From the NCBI GenBank assembly GCA_965203275.1, contig OZ241865.1, positions 1,728,001 to 1,792,000 of the forward strand: a DNA stretch of 64,000 bases, written 5' to 3'. The notes beneath the pieces were generated by a model. That model saw only the letters and a program-made list of their open reading frames with translations. It made no database searches and was not told where the DNA came from. This stretch comes from Bdellovibrionales bacterium. GTDB lineage: Bacteria > Bdellovibrionota > Bdellovibrionia > Bdellovibrionales > JAUICD01. The position numbers and the translations under genes were made by a program. Positions 20,790-29,785 of the stretch are shown one piece after another (the first letter of the stretch is position 1; the number at the start of each line of letters is the position of its first letter).

Positions 20790-21442
20790 TGCTCTTAAGG
20801 AGCAACCGGGTTGCGATAAAGGAACTTTTTCCTTAACATCTCACTCAAAATGCATCATGCCGTCTTTTGCACTTGAAATGAACCACACCTCTGGTGTGTT
20901 TTTTGGTGTTGCCTGCAAAGGCTTTCGCCTTTGACAAAATAGGCAACACCTAAAAAATCCATTCATTTCAAGTAAGAAAGGATATCCTTGCCACTTGACA
21001 TCATGTTAAGGAAAATGTCCTTCTAATGGTAGTTAGCCCGACGGCTCACGCCGTCGTAAAAAGCTGGCTACCTCAAAAGCTTGTTCATTTTGAGTAGAGG
21101 AGGATCCTTTTATTCCTCTACACCATGTTAGGGAAACAAGATATGCTTCTAGAGTTTTTGGGGGAGCAAGCGGGTCTGCCTGCAATAAAGAAACTTTTTC
21201 CCTAACATGTAGTCAAAAAACGAAGATATCCTCCCCTACTCAAAATGAGCAGTTTTTTGCGGCATTGCTCTTTTAATATAATTTTAAAGGCATTTTGTTT
21301 CCTTAACATCATGTTAAGAGACAAGAGGATTCTTCTTACTAAAAGTGGTCAGGCTTTCTAGGTGATGACCATTTTATCGACGGCGAAAGCCGTCGTGGTC
21401 ATCGCCAGAAAGTGACCAGAGGTCAGACCACTTTTAGTGAAA
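20790..21442. repeat. Cluster 3 of covarying multi-stem element (about 5 full or partial copies in both orientations with linkers)
   Basis: Repeated TTTCC(T/C)TAACAT termini; full plus copy 21298-21442. Confidence 0.92.
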
Positions 21443-21464
21443 GGAGTGAAAGGAATGGAAGGTG

Positions 21465-22661
21465 CTAAAAAGCTCCTATTGTCTGGAGATATAAATTGAA
21501 ATGATCTGATGAAGTCACCCATGGTTCAATAAAGTGTGAGTGTATAATCTCAGCTAGCTGTCTTATATCTTCTAAAATTTGGTCTTGTTGTCGCGATTGT
21601 GCGTCAAGTATATTCATTAATTCTTCAGGTACTTCAATATCAAATTGCAATGACCAGTACTTTCCTAATATTTCTAAGTTCTTTCTTATTCTTAATAAAT
21701 CTATATACTGCGGTTGATGTACCTGTTGTGCTATTAATGTTTCTGTAGCTTGTATTAAATGACTGCCACTTTTTATAAGGTCTCTTAAAATTTTGGTCTC
21801 ATTATTTCTATAATCTAATGCATATAAATTATCCACACGCATTAAAATAGTCTGATAAGACTGATATTCTTCTAAAGGATGAGCAAACCAAAAAAATAGA
21901 TTTTCAAGAGAAGGAGGCATTCGATTCAAAGCATAAGCTAAAGCTGTCATACCATTGTGATCTACTGCATTGACATCAATAGAAGTCATGGCATCAAAAT
22001 GAGATTCTATACCTATAGAAGTAGATGCCTTAGAATTTAATTGATAGCTAACTAAATCATGAACAGCTTTTGCATGACCATTTTGAGCTGCATACATCAA
22101 AGCTGTCATACCTGTCTTATCAGCTTTATTAACATATTCATAAAACAAAAGCTTTAGTCTTTCTGCATCTGTATTTTCAGGAAATTGAAGGGCTAGCATA
22201 TTATGTGCTGCCTTTAATATAAAATGCACTTCACCAGTTATGGCTCCATATATCAAAGGGGTCATCTCCATTTCATCTTCAACAAATAAATCAATATAGA
22301 GATGAGGACGAGAGATGAGTCGTGAAGGTCTGTGATGATGATATCCTCTCCTCTGTTGATCCATAGTGTACGCATTCATCCCTCTTTCTAAAAGAATACG
22401 AGCAACAGTTATATCTCCTGCTCTCATAGCTACTAAGAAATGATTTTGTCTACTGTGAGAGCTTATTCTGGAAATTAAAGGTTCAAACAAGAATGAATAA
22501 GCTATATCTATTGAGTTGCTTATAGTATGAGTTGTCTTTTCAGTAAAGGTTTTTGCCTTTTGTAAGCTATTGACACATTCATCCTTAGAGTGCGGCATAG
22601 CCATAGCGTGAAGGTAACCTACAATCATTATAATAAAAAACAAAATACATGATCTCTTCAT
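21465..22661 (-). CDS. Secreted ankyrin-repeat-containing protein
   Basis: VNKADKTGMTALMYAAQNGH and VNAVDHNGMTALAYA; signal peptide. Confidence 0.85.
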   Translation of the reverse strand: MKRSCILFFIIMIVGYLHAMAMPHSKDECVNSLQKAKTFTEKTTHTISNSIDIAYSFLFEPLISRISSHSRQNHFLVAMRAGDITVARILLERGMNAYTMDQQRRGYHHHRPSRLISRPHLYIDLFVEDEMEMTPLIYGAITGEVHFILKAAHNMLALQFPENTDAERLKLLFYEYVNKADKTGMTALMYAAQNGHAKAVHDLVSYQLNSKASTSIGIESHFDAMTSIDVNAVDHNGMTALAYALNRMPPSLENLFFWFAHPLEEYQSYQTILMRVDNLYALDYRNNETKILRDLIKSGSHLIQATETLIAQQVHQPQYIDLLRIRKNLEILGKYWSLQFDIEVPEELMNILDAQSRQQDQILEDIRQLAEIIHSHFIEPWVTSSDHFNLYLQTIGAF

Positions 22662-22803
22662 TATTTATACCTCTCTCTATATTTTTATTAGACTTTGCTA
22701 CAAAAAATACTTTTTTTGTCTATCGTCTATCCATCCTCGTCTATCCTTTCTATCCTTATGGAATCAAGAAAAAGTTTAAGAAAAATACACCTGAAACCAA
22801 AAT

Positions 22804-23052
22804 AAATCAAGAAGTTTTTATCAAATTGTAAAATTTATATATTGTCTATTTTTTATATATTTCTCGTCAGGTAATGTTTTGTTTTGAGACAAAAAGGCAA
22901 AAAGTCCACAACAGCAAAATCAATAAAAAGTGACAAGAAAGAACACCTGTTTGACAAAAAATGAACACTGTCTATTTTTTGATCATGTAGACTTTCTTGC
23001 GATGTTGTAAAAAAACCACTTTTACTCTAATAGGAGCTTATTTTGTGTAAAT
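22804..23052. repeat. Long non-coding direct repeat, copy 1 (copy 2 at 28394-28642)
   Basis: 249 bp, near-identical, offset 5590 bp. Confidence 0.95.
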
Positions 23053-23097
23053 CCTGAGTTTGACAGCCAGAATCATAGAGGCTTTATGTGGAATTCT

Positions 23098-23218
23098 GAT
23101 GCCGGGTTGCCAGATCCCGGATCCCGGATAAACACAATGTTAAGGAAACAAAATGCCTTTAAAATTATATTAAAAGAGCAATGCCTCAAAAGTCCGTTCA
23201 CTTTTAGTAAGGGAGGGA
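23098..23218 (-). repeat. Cluster 4: heptamer tract plus partial multi-stem element
   Basis: Reverse complement of the module at about 21230-21310 plus GATCCCG heptamers. Confidence 0.8.
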
Positions 23219-23459
23219 GTTCATCCCATTGATTTAATAATCATTTAACCAATTGAAAAATAATTTGACATTGGTCTTATATTATGCTATTGTATGTAGA
23301 TAGTAGGTCAGCAAATTATTCAGAACTGGAGTGGACCCTCAACTAGTAGGTAGGGTAGCCATAACTAAAAGATCTTCATCAATATAAATAAGCTGACAGA
23401 TACTCAATTTTTATAGATATGTAAAAAAGAGAAAGTCTAAAAACTTCGATAAGTGAATT

Positions 23460-25667
23460 ATGATTACAAAAATCACAATGGATAATATTGCAAGCTATAA
23501 AAAACCTACATTTTTTGAAACTGATAAGAAGATCAATCTGATCTATGGACTCAATGGGACAGGTAAAAGCATTTTTTCAGAATATCTATATAATCAATCA
23601 AATTCAAATGATCAACTAAATTCAGAATATTCAGATTGCTCTATTGAAGGACTCAATGACAAAGACATTCTTGTTTACAATCAAAAATTTATTCAAGATC
23701 ATTTTTATCAAAAAGAGAGCTTAAAAGGTATCTTCACTATATCAAAAGACAATAAAGAAGCCTTAGAAAAAATTAATAAAGCAGAACAAGAGAAAAGTAA
23801 GCTTGAAAAAGAAAAAGAAGATAAAAATAAGGAAAAAGATCGTTTTAATGAAGATTTAAAAGAGAAAAAAGAAGATGCGGAAAACAAAGTATGGGAAATT
23901 AAAAAAAAATATACTGGTGGTGATCGTGTGTTAGAATATTGTTTTGATAGTCTAAAAGGTAAAAAAGATAGATTATTTGATCATTTATCCCAGATAGAAA
24001 AACCTGCACAAAAACCAAAGAAAGAAACCAATCAACTCAAGAGCGAAGTTTCAGCTATAAAAGGGGATAAAGCACAAAAGTATAATCCATTGCCTTCTAT
24101 TAACTCCGAATTTTTTCAAGAAGTAGAATTAGATCCCATTTTTAAAAAAGTCATTATAGGGAATGAAAATAGCACAGTCTCAGATTTGATTAAAAGCCTC
24201 AATAATTCTGATTGGGTCCAAAAAGGATTGGTTTATTTACCAGAAAAAATAAATGCACAAGAGCCTTGCCCTTTTTGTCAGCAACCAACTATTACAAATG
24301 AGTTAAAACAGTCCATTCAAGATTACTTTGATAAAAGTTATAGTGATAAACTTGATAAAGTTAAAAAACTACTTTCAAAATATGAAGATAGTGTTAATAA
24401 ACATATTCCTAAAAAAAATATTTTTCAAAATTATCCATTTATTGAAAATAAAAAACATGAATTTGAAAATTTATACAATACCTTATCAGCAGTATTAAAC
24501 AATAATAAAGAAAAAATAAAAAACAAAATACAAACACCAAGTCAACAATCTCTTATGAAAAACTCAAAAAAAGCTATCGATGATTTTAATAACTTTATTC
24601 AAACTATCAATGAAAAAATCACAGCTCATAACCACAAGATGGACAATAAAGAGAAAACTCTTGGAGAAATCAAAAATCAGTTTTGGGATATTATGCGTTG
24701 GGATTATGATCAAACTTTGTCTTTTTATGAAAGTGAGAAGCATAAAATTGGAGAAAAAATAAACGACATTCAAGAAAAAATAAAAAATATTCAAAATAAA
24801 ATATCTATTCAAGAAAAAACTATAAAAGAGCATCAAGGTCAAACTAGCAATATTCAAGAAGCTATTGATCATATTAATCATCAGCTTAAAGATCTAGGTA
24901 TAAGTAATTTTGAGATAAAAAAACACGATAAAAATTTTTATAAAATCATCAGAGAAGGACAATCTAGTGATACATTTCAAACTCTTAGTGAGGGTGAGAA
25001 AATGATAATAAGTTTTCTTTATTTCTGTGAGCTTTGTAAAGGGAAAAAGACAGCATCAAGTCCTTTAAAGAAAAAAATTATAGTCATTGATGATCCTATT
25101 TCCAGCCTATCTCATATTTATATTTTTAATGTAGGTATGCTTATTAAGGAAACCTTTTTAGAATCTAATAATTATGAGCAGATCATTCTCTTAACACATA
25201 GTCTTTATTTTTTCCATGAATTATCTAAGTTATCTAAGAGGTTATCTAAAAAACAAAACAATCCAAAACTTTTTAGAATGATCAAGAATTCTGAAGGTAG
25301 TCAAATTTTAAAGATGGAAGATAAAGAAATCCAAAATGATTATCAATCTTACTGGAGTATTGTAAAAGACCGTCAGCAACCACCAGCCTTAATGGCAAAT
25401 TGCATGCGTCAAATTCTTGAATATTTTTTTGGTTTTATTGAAAAAGAATCCTTAAATGAGGTTTTTAAAAAAGACATATTTAAAGAACTAAAATACCAAG
25501 CGTTTCATCGCTACATGAATCGAGAGTCTCATTTTGACAGTCAAAATATATCTGATACAAAAGAGCTTGATTATGAAAATTTCCGAGAAGCATTTCAGTT
25601 AGTTTTTAAAGAGAGTGGATATAAAAAGCACTATGATCGCATAATGAAACCTGAGTTTGACAGTTGA
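23460..25667 (+). CDS. AAA_13 Rad50-like ATPase with C-terminal HEPN-like motif (RloC-like defence protein)
   Basis: GLNGTGKS, coiled coils, CPFC zinc hook, LSEGE, VIDDP, LTH, NCMRQILE...RYMNRESH. Confidence 0.8.
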   Translation: MITKITMDNIASYKKPTFFETDKKINLIYGLNGTGKSIFSEYLYNQSNSNDQLNSEYSDCSIEGLNDKDILVYNQKFIQDHFYQKESLKGIFTISKDNKEALEKINKAEQEKSKLEKEKEDKNKEKDRFNEDLKEKKEDAENKVWEIKKKYTGGDRVLEYCFDSLKGKKDRLFDHLSQIEKPAQKPKKETNQLKSEVSAIKGDKAQKYNPLPSINSEFFQEVELDPIFKKVIIGNENSTVSDLIKSLNNSDWVQKGLVYLPEKINAQEPCPFCQQPTITNELKQSIQDYFDKSYSDKLDKVKKLLSKYEDSVNKHIPKKNIFQNYPFIENKKHEFENLYNTLSAVLNNNKEKIKNKIQTPSQQSLMKNSKKAIDDFNNFIQTINEKITAHNHKMDNKEKTLGEIKNQFWDIMRWDYDQTLSFYESEKHKIGEKINDIQEKIKNIQNKISIQEKTIKEHQGQTSNIQEAIDHINHQLKDLGISNFEIKKHDKNFYKIIREGQSSDTFQTLSEGEKMIISFLYFCELCKGKKTASSPLKKKIIVIDDPISSLSHIYIFNVGMLIKETFLESNNYEQIILLTHSLYFFHELSKLSKRLSKKQNNPKLFRMIKNSEGSQILKMEDKEIQNDYQSYWSIVKDRQQPPALMANCMRQILEYFFGFIEKESLNEVFKKDIFKELKYQAFHRYMNRESHFDSQNISDTKELDYENFREAFQLVFKESGYKKHYDRIMKPEFDS

Positions 25668-26022
25668 TTTGCGAATGTGGATATCTTTTTTTGAGAATGT
25701 TTTATTTATAGGTGTTAGAGAGATTTGTAAGTTTTAATTTTTAAATTTTGGTAGAATTCCTAGTGAAACATTTTTTTTTAATTTTATCAATAAAGTCTTG
25801 ATATAGAAAGCTATACATTATTGAGTAAAAATGATAATGAAAATATGAAAATCCTAAAAATAAGGGGGAAAGATGAAGTTTCAGATAAATAAATTAATGA
25901 TTTCCCCTAAATTAAAAAGCTTACAGTAAAAAAAAGCTCACATCCTAGTGGCATAAAACCTTGTTACGCTTATAACCTATTGAAATCACACAATTTTATT
26001 TTTGCAGGCTGTCAAACTCAAG
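25650..26022 (+). mobile_element. MITE, 373 bp, 14-bp imperfect TIRs
   Basis: CCTGAGTTTGACAG...CTGTCAAACTCAAG; full-length homologue at 61983-62356. Confidence 0.88.
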
Positions 26023-26944
26023 TTTTACTTTTTAGCTTTAAAATATGATCTTGAGATAAACCTGTCACCTGAGAGATTAAAGCAATATTCATATTCTCTT
26101 TTAACATATTGTGTGCAACTAATTCCATACCCTTTTCCATACCTTCTTGTCGACCCTCAGCGATACCTTCTTGTCGACCCTCGGCGATACCTTCTTGCCG
26201 ACCTTTAGCTAAACCTTCTAATAAGCCTCTTTTAACCATTGGTATATATGCACCCATCTTACCTCCTTCTACTTTGACTAATTTACTATCCTTATCTGAA
26301 GCTAATTTCAAACATCTATTGAAAAAATCCAAATCTATTTTTGGATTTCTACGATATAAATGATATTGAACTGCTGATAATATTATATCTTGATTATTCA
26401 CTCCATGCAACCCTTTAAACAAATGAACCAACTCACTTTCAAGAACACGCTCATCCGAAGAAGTTAGCAACTTTTTATCCTTAAACAAATATAATGCTAT
26501 GCGAGAATGTAAACAACCCCACTGACTCTGCAAATGAGGGTCATGTACATCATAAATCCGCAATCTATAATTTAACATATCTTGAGATAAACTGCTCAAA
26601 GGACCTTGTATTCCCTGTTTTTGTTCCTGTAACTGCAATTCTAACCACTCTTTAGGAAGCAAATCTTGTAAAGATAATGGACCCTTAACTTGACGATGAC
26701 CATGAGAAAATAAAATAGCCAGCAACGGAGGGAATACCACTTGACCTTTCACATTGTAACGCTTGATCACCTCACACATATAACCTAATACTTGAATTAA
26801 TACTTGGGGCTTATAACTTGACTTATGCTCAAATAAAATTAACAGAGGAATACGTACATGAGGATAGGCCTTAAAAGGGATGCTATAAAGCAAATCTGCC
26901 GTTAAGCCCTTTGTAAAACTATCTTTGACTAAATTTTGTTTCAC
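26018..26944 (-). CDS. Rpn family (RpnC/YadD, PD-(D/E)XK) protein, N-terminally truncated
   Basis: ADLLYS...ILFEHKS, C-terminal (I)AEGRQEG repeats and IALISQVTGLS tail; the GTG start lies within a repeat element. Confidence 0.85.
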   Translation of the reverse strand: MKQNLVKDSFTKGLTADLLYSIPFKAYPHVRIPLLILFEHKSSYKPQVLIQVLGYMCEVIKRYNVKGQVVFPPLLAILFSHGHRQVKGPLSLQDLLPKEWLELQLQEQKQGIQGPLSSLSQDMLNYRLRIYDVHDPHLQSQWGCLHSRIALYLFKDKKLLTSSDERVLESELVHLFKGLHGVNNQDIILSAVQYHLYRRNPKIDLDFFNRCLKLASDKDSKLVKVEGGKMGAYIPMVKRGLLEGLAKGRQEGIAEGRQEGIAEGRQEGMEKGMELVAHNMLKENMNIALISQVTGLSQDHILKLKSKT

Positions 26945-27198
26945 TAAAAGTGGTCTAGCCTCTGGCTACTTTTGGGCAATGACCGCAAAGGCTTTCGCCT
27001 TTGACAGAATGGTCATTGCCTCAAAAGCCTGACCACTTTTAGTAGGAAGGATCCCTTCGTCCCTTAACTCCATGTTAAGGAAAAAGCTCTTTCTTACACC
27101 TTTTGGCTCACGCCGTCGATCAAAGGCTGGCTACCTCAAAAGTCCGTTTACTTTTAGTAAGGAGGATCCCTTCTTTTTTTAATACCATGTTAGGGAAA
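26939..27198 (-). repeat. Cluster 5 of covarying multi-stem element (full 26939-27083, partial 27106-27198)
   Basis: Nested palindromes ending CATGTTAAGGAAA / CATGTTAGGGAAA. Confidence 0.9.
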
Positions 27199-27392
27199 CA
27201 AGATGTTTGTCTTTTGGAAATTTTTCTAAAAGATGGAGAAAAAGGTATTTGAAAATTGGAAATCCAGTGATTCTAGTAACTTAATACTGTGACTTTTGTA
27301 TAAAAGTTACAGTATTAAGTGGTTGTAATTGTTAGACTTTTTTAGGTTGACTTTAGAAATTTCTCATTTTTTAGTTTTTTTATAAGCTAGGC

Positions 27393-27421
27393 TTGACTTT
27401 TTAGATATATGATATTATAAA
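27393..27421 (+). promoter_or_regulatory. sigma70-type promoter
   Basis: TTGACT-N17-TATAAA, paralogous to 18814-18842. Confidence 0.7.
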
Positions 27422-27446
27422 ATCAAAAATGCAAATGAAGGTACAA

Positions 27447-28056
27447 ATGAAAACAACATATTTTATCCTATTTATTGCTTTGCTTGTTTCTAGTGATTCT
27501 CTATGGGCTTGTGCTGAAAGTCTTATGACAAAGCAAATAGTTATTAAAGTGGACTTAAGTGAGAAAGAATTATTGGGGTTTAATAATGCATTACTAAATT
27601 CTGCTGAAGAGGGCAACTATCCTCTTGTAAAGTTATTGCTAGCGGGCTAACGTCAATCATCGTGACAATAGAGGTGGCGATACGGCTTTAATATGGGCTA
27701 GCAGGAACGGCCATATTGAGATTGTAAGGTTATTGATAGAAAATGGAGCTAAAGTCGATATTCAAAACGCGGGTGGCAGGACGGCTTTAATGTTTGCTGC
27801 TGCGAAGAATCATATTGAGATTGTAAGGTTATTGATAGAAAATGGAGCTAACGTCGATATTCAAAACGTGGGTGGCTGGACGGCTTTAATATATGCTAGT
27901 TCTGAAGGCCATATAGAGGTTGTAAGGGCATTGCTAGCGGCCGGAGCTAACGTCAATCATCAAGACCAATGGGGCCGGACGGTTTTAATGTATGCAAGAG
28001 ATAACAACCATACTGAGATTGTAAGGCTATTAAAAGAGGCCGGAGCTACAGAATAA
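27447..28056 (+). pseudogene. Frameshifted secreted ankyrin-repeat protein, paralog of 18868-19782
   Basis: GCGG|GCTAAC near 27645 lacks the 5 nt CCGGA seen in sibling repeats (GCGGCCGGAGCTAAC); shared leader and EAGATE end. Confidence 0.85.
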
Positions 28057-28393
28057 TACCAATTCTATATTTGTCTCATATATCAATCTTTACTCTTGTA
28101 TTGATTGCCATGCCTTCTTTGAAGTCTCAAACACCGAAACTTTACAAGCCATTCTATTAAACCCACTGGATGACACTTGATTGTCTTTCTTTTAGACTTT
28201 TGAGTTTTATCCATAACCAAATAGCTCCCATACCTTTGAGTCTGATTATCCAAAACAAAAAAGTAAACATATAACAATCTATCGTTATGAAAATTCTATA
28301 TCCAATTAAACACAAATATCAATCATTTTTAATCCTCTAATACCTATAAATAAAACATTCTTTTAAAAAGCCATATCCGCACATTAACTGTCA

Positions 28394-28642
28394 AAATCAA
28401 GAAGTTTTTATCAAATTGTAAAATTTATATATTGTCTATTTTTTATATATTTCTCGTCAGGTAATGTTTTGTTTTGAGACAAAAAGGCAAAAAGTCCACA
28501 ACAGCAAAATCAATAAAAAGTGACAAGAAAGAACACCTGTTTGACAAAAAATGAACACTGTCTATTTTTTGATCATGTAGGCTTTCTTGTGATGTTGTAA
28601 AAAAACCACTTTTACTCTAATGGGAGCTTATTTTGTGTAAAT
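28394..28642. repeat. Long non-coding direct repeat, copy 2
   Basis: Matches 22804-23052. Confidence 0.95.
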
Positions 28643-28660
28643 ATATACTCATAATCAAGC

Positions 28661-28676
28661 CGGCACACCTTTTGCT
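28661..28676 (+). promoter_or_regulatory. Putative sigma54 (-24/-12) promoter
   Basis: CGGCAC-ACCTT-TTGCT with GG-N10-GC spacing. Confidence 0.6.
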
Positions 28677-28713
28677 ATATTTAATATGAGAGATGGAAAA
28701 TAAGGAGCAATTC

Positions 28714-28812
28714 ATGATAAGTTTATTGACAAATCACAAATTAACTCTTTTTGCAGTGGTTACATTTTTTGCCTTTGTGATAGTGAGTTATTATAAAAAT
28801 CCTCTTTTGTAA
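28714..28812 (+). CDS. 32-aa single-TM small protein (below ORF-track cutoff)
   Basis: AAGGAG RBS; MISLLTNHKLTLFAVVTFFAFVIVSYYKNPLL. Confidence 0.55.
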   Translation: MISLLTNHKLTLFAVVTFFAFVIVSYYKNPLL

Positions 28813-28840
28813 GTTGATTTTTTAATGTATAAAAGTATCT

Positions 28841-29692
28841 ATGATAGAGATACTTAGAAAACTTACAGATCAACTAAGAGACACAAAGCCATCTTGTACC
28901 CATTCACCGCGTATAGATGCTGAAATCCTTTTAGCACACACCTTGCAAGTTAAAAGAAATCAACTCTTATCTTTAAATCGCACACTCACACCTGCGGAAC
29001 AAGCTTTATTAAAAGACCTTATTTCTAAGAGACAAAAAGGTTACCCTATCGATTATATCACTCAAAAGACAGAATTTTATGGATTGAGCTTTTATATCAG
29101 AGAATCTGTCTTCATCCCCAGACCAGAAACAGAAAAACTTATAAAAACCGCACTGACCGATCTTAAACCAGGTGAGAAGGTTTTAGACATGGGAGCAGGT
29201 TCTGGTTGCATTGGACTGACAGTAGCCCTAAAGAGACCTGATGTAAAAGTGCTTGCTTGGGAAAAATCTCCTCAAGCTTTAAAAGTCCTAAAGCAAAATT
29301 TTAAATACCACAATCAACCATCTAATTATAGCTTTGAACTTTTTGATATTGGCTCCAGTCATATCAAAGACAGTGATTATGGTGCTTACCATACAGTGTT
29401 ATCTAATCCTCCTTATATTGGTTATACTGATCAAAATATAGATTTTTTTGTGAAGAAGTATGAACCTAAAGATGCTTTATTTTCAGGCACTACAGGTTTT
29501 GAATGTATTCAAATGTGGTCTCATCTAGCCTATCAGATTTTAATTAACCAAGGGATGGCTTATTTTGAAATAGGCTTTCAACAAGCTACTGGCAGTATAG
29601 ATATTTTTAGAAAAAATGGCTTTGTAGATATAAAGATTATTAAGGACGATCTAGGAGAAGATCGTATCATTATAGGGAAGAAGCTTCATTAA
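28841..29692 (+). CDS. prmC: Release factor glutamine methyltransferase
   Basis: FIPRPETE, LDMGAGSG and SNPPY motifs. Confidence 0.95.
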   Translation: MIEILRKLTDQLRDTKPSCTHSPRIDAEILLAHTLQVKRNQLLSLNRTLTPAEQALLKDLISKRQKGYPIDYITQKTEFYGLSFYIRESVFIPRPETEKLIKTALTDLKPGEKVLDMGAGSGCIGLTVALKRPDVKVLAWEKSPQALKVLKQNFKYHNQPSNYSFELFDIGSSHIKDSDYGAYHTVLSNPPYIGYTDQNIDFFVKKYEPKDALFSGTTGFECIQMWSHLAYQILINQGMAYFEIGFQQATGSIDIFRKNGFVDIKIIKDDLGEDRIIIGKKLH

Positions 29693-29785
29693 CTGCTGTG
29701 TTCTTTATACTGTGTGTACGTTCATCTTTCTGTTGCCCATCTGTAAAAGCTAGAAAGTATTAATTCTTAAAAAGCAAATACAAAA

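Larger units (their letters stand above)
23053..28401 (-). mobile_element. Putative non-autonomous composite element bounded by MITE termini
   Basis: CCTGAGTTTGACAG at 23053 and CTGTCAAAATCAAG at 28388-28401; 28334-28401 matches the MITE left end; flanked by the 249-bp direct repeat. Confidence 0.65.

Noticed and set aside
18868..28056. Diversity-generating retroelement acting on ankyrin or HsdS repeats
   Set aside because: No reverse transcriptase in the window, and the differences are not confined to adenines.
28083..28277. Possible transposase remnant just inside the MITE left end
   Set aside because: Only a vague resemblance to IS1634-type N-terminal motifs; needs a translated HMM search.
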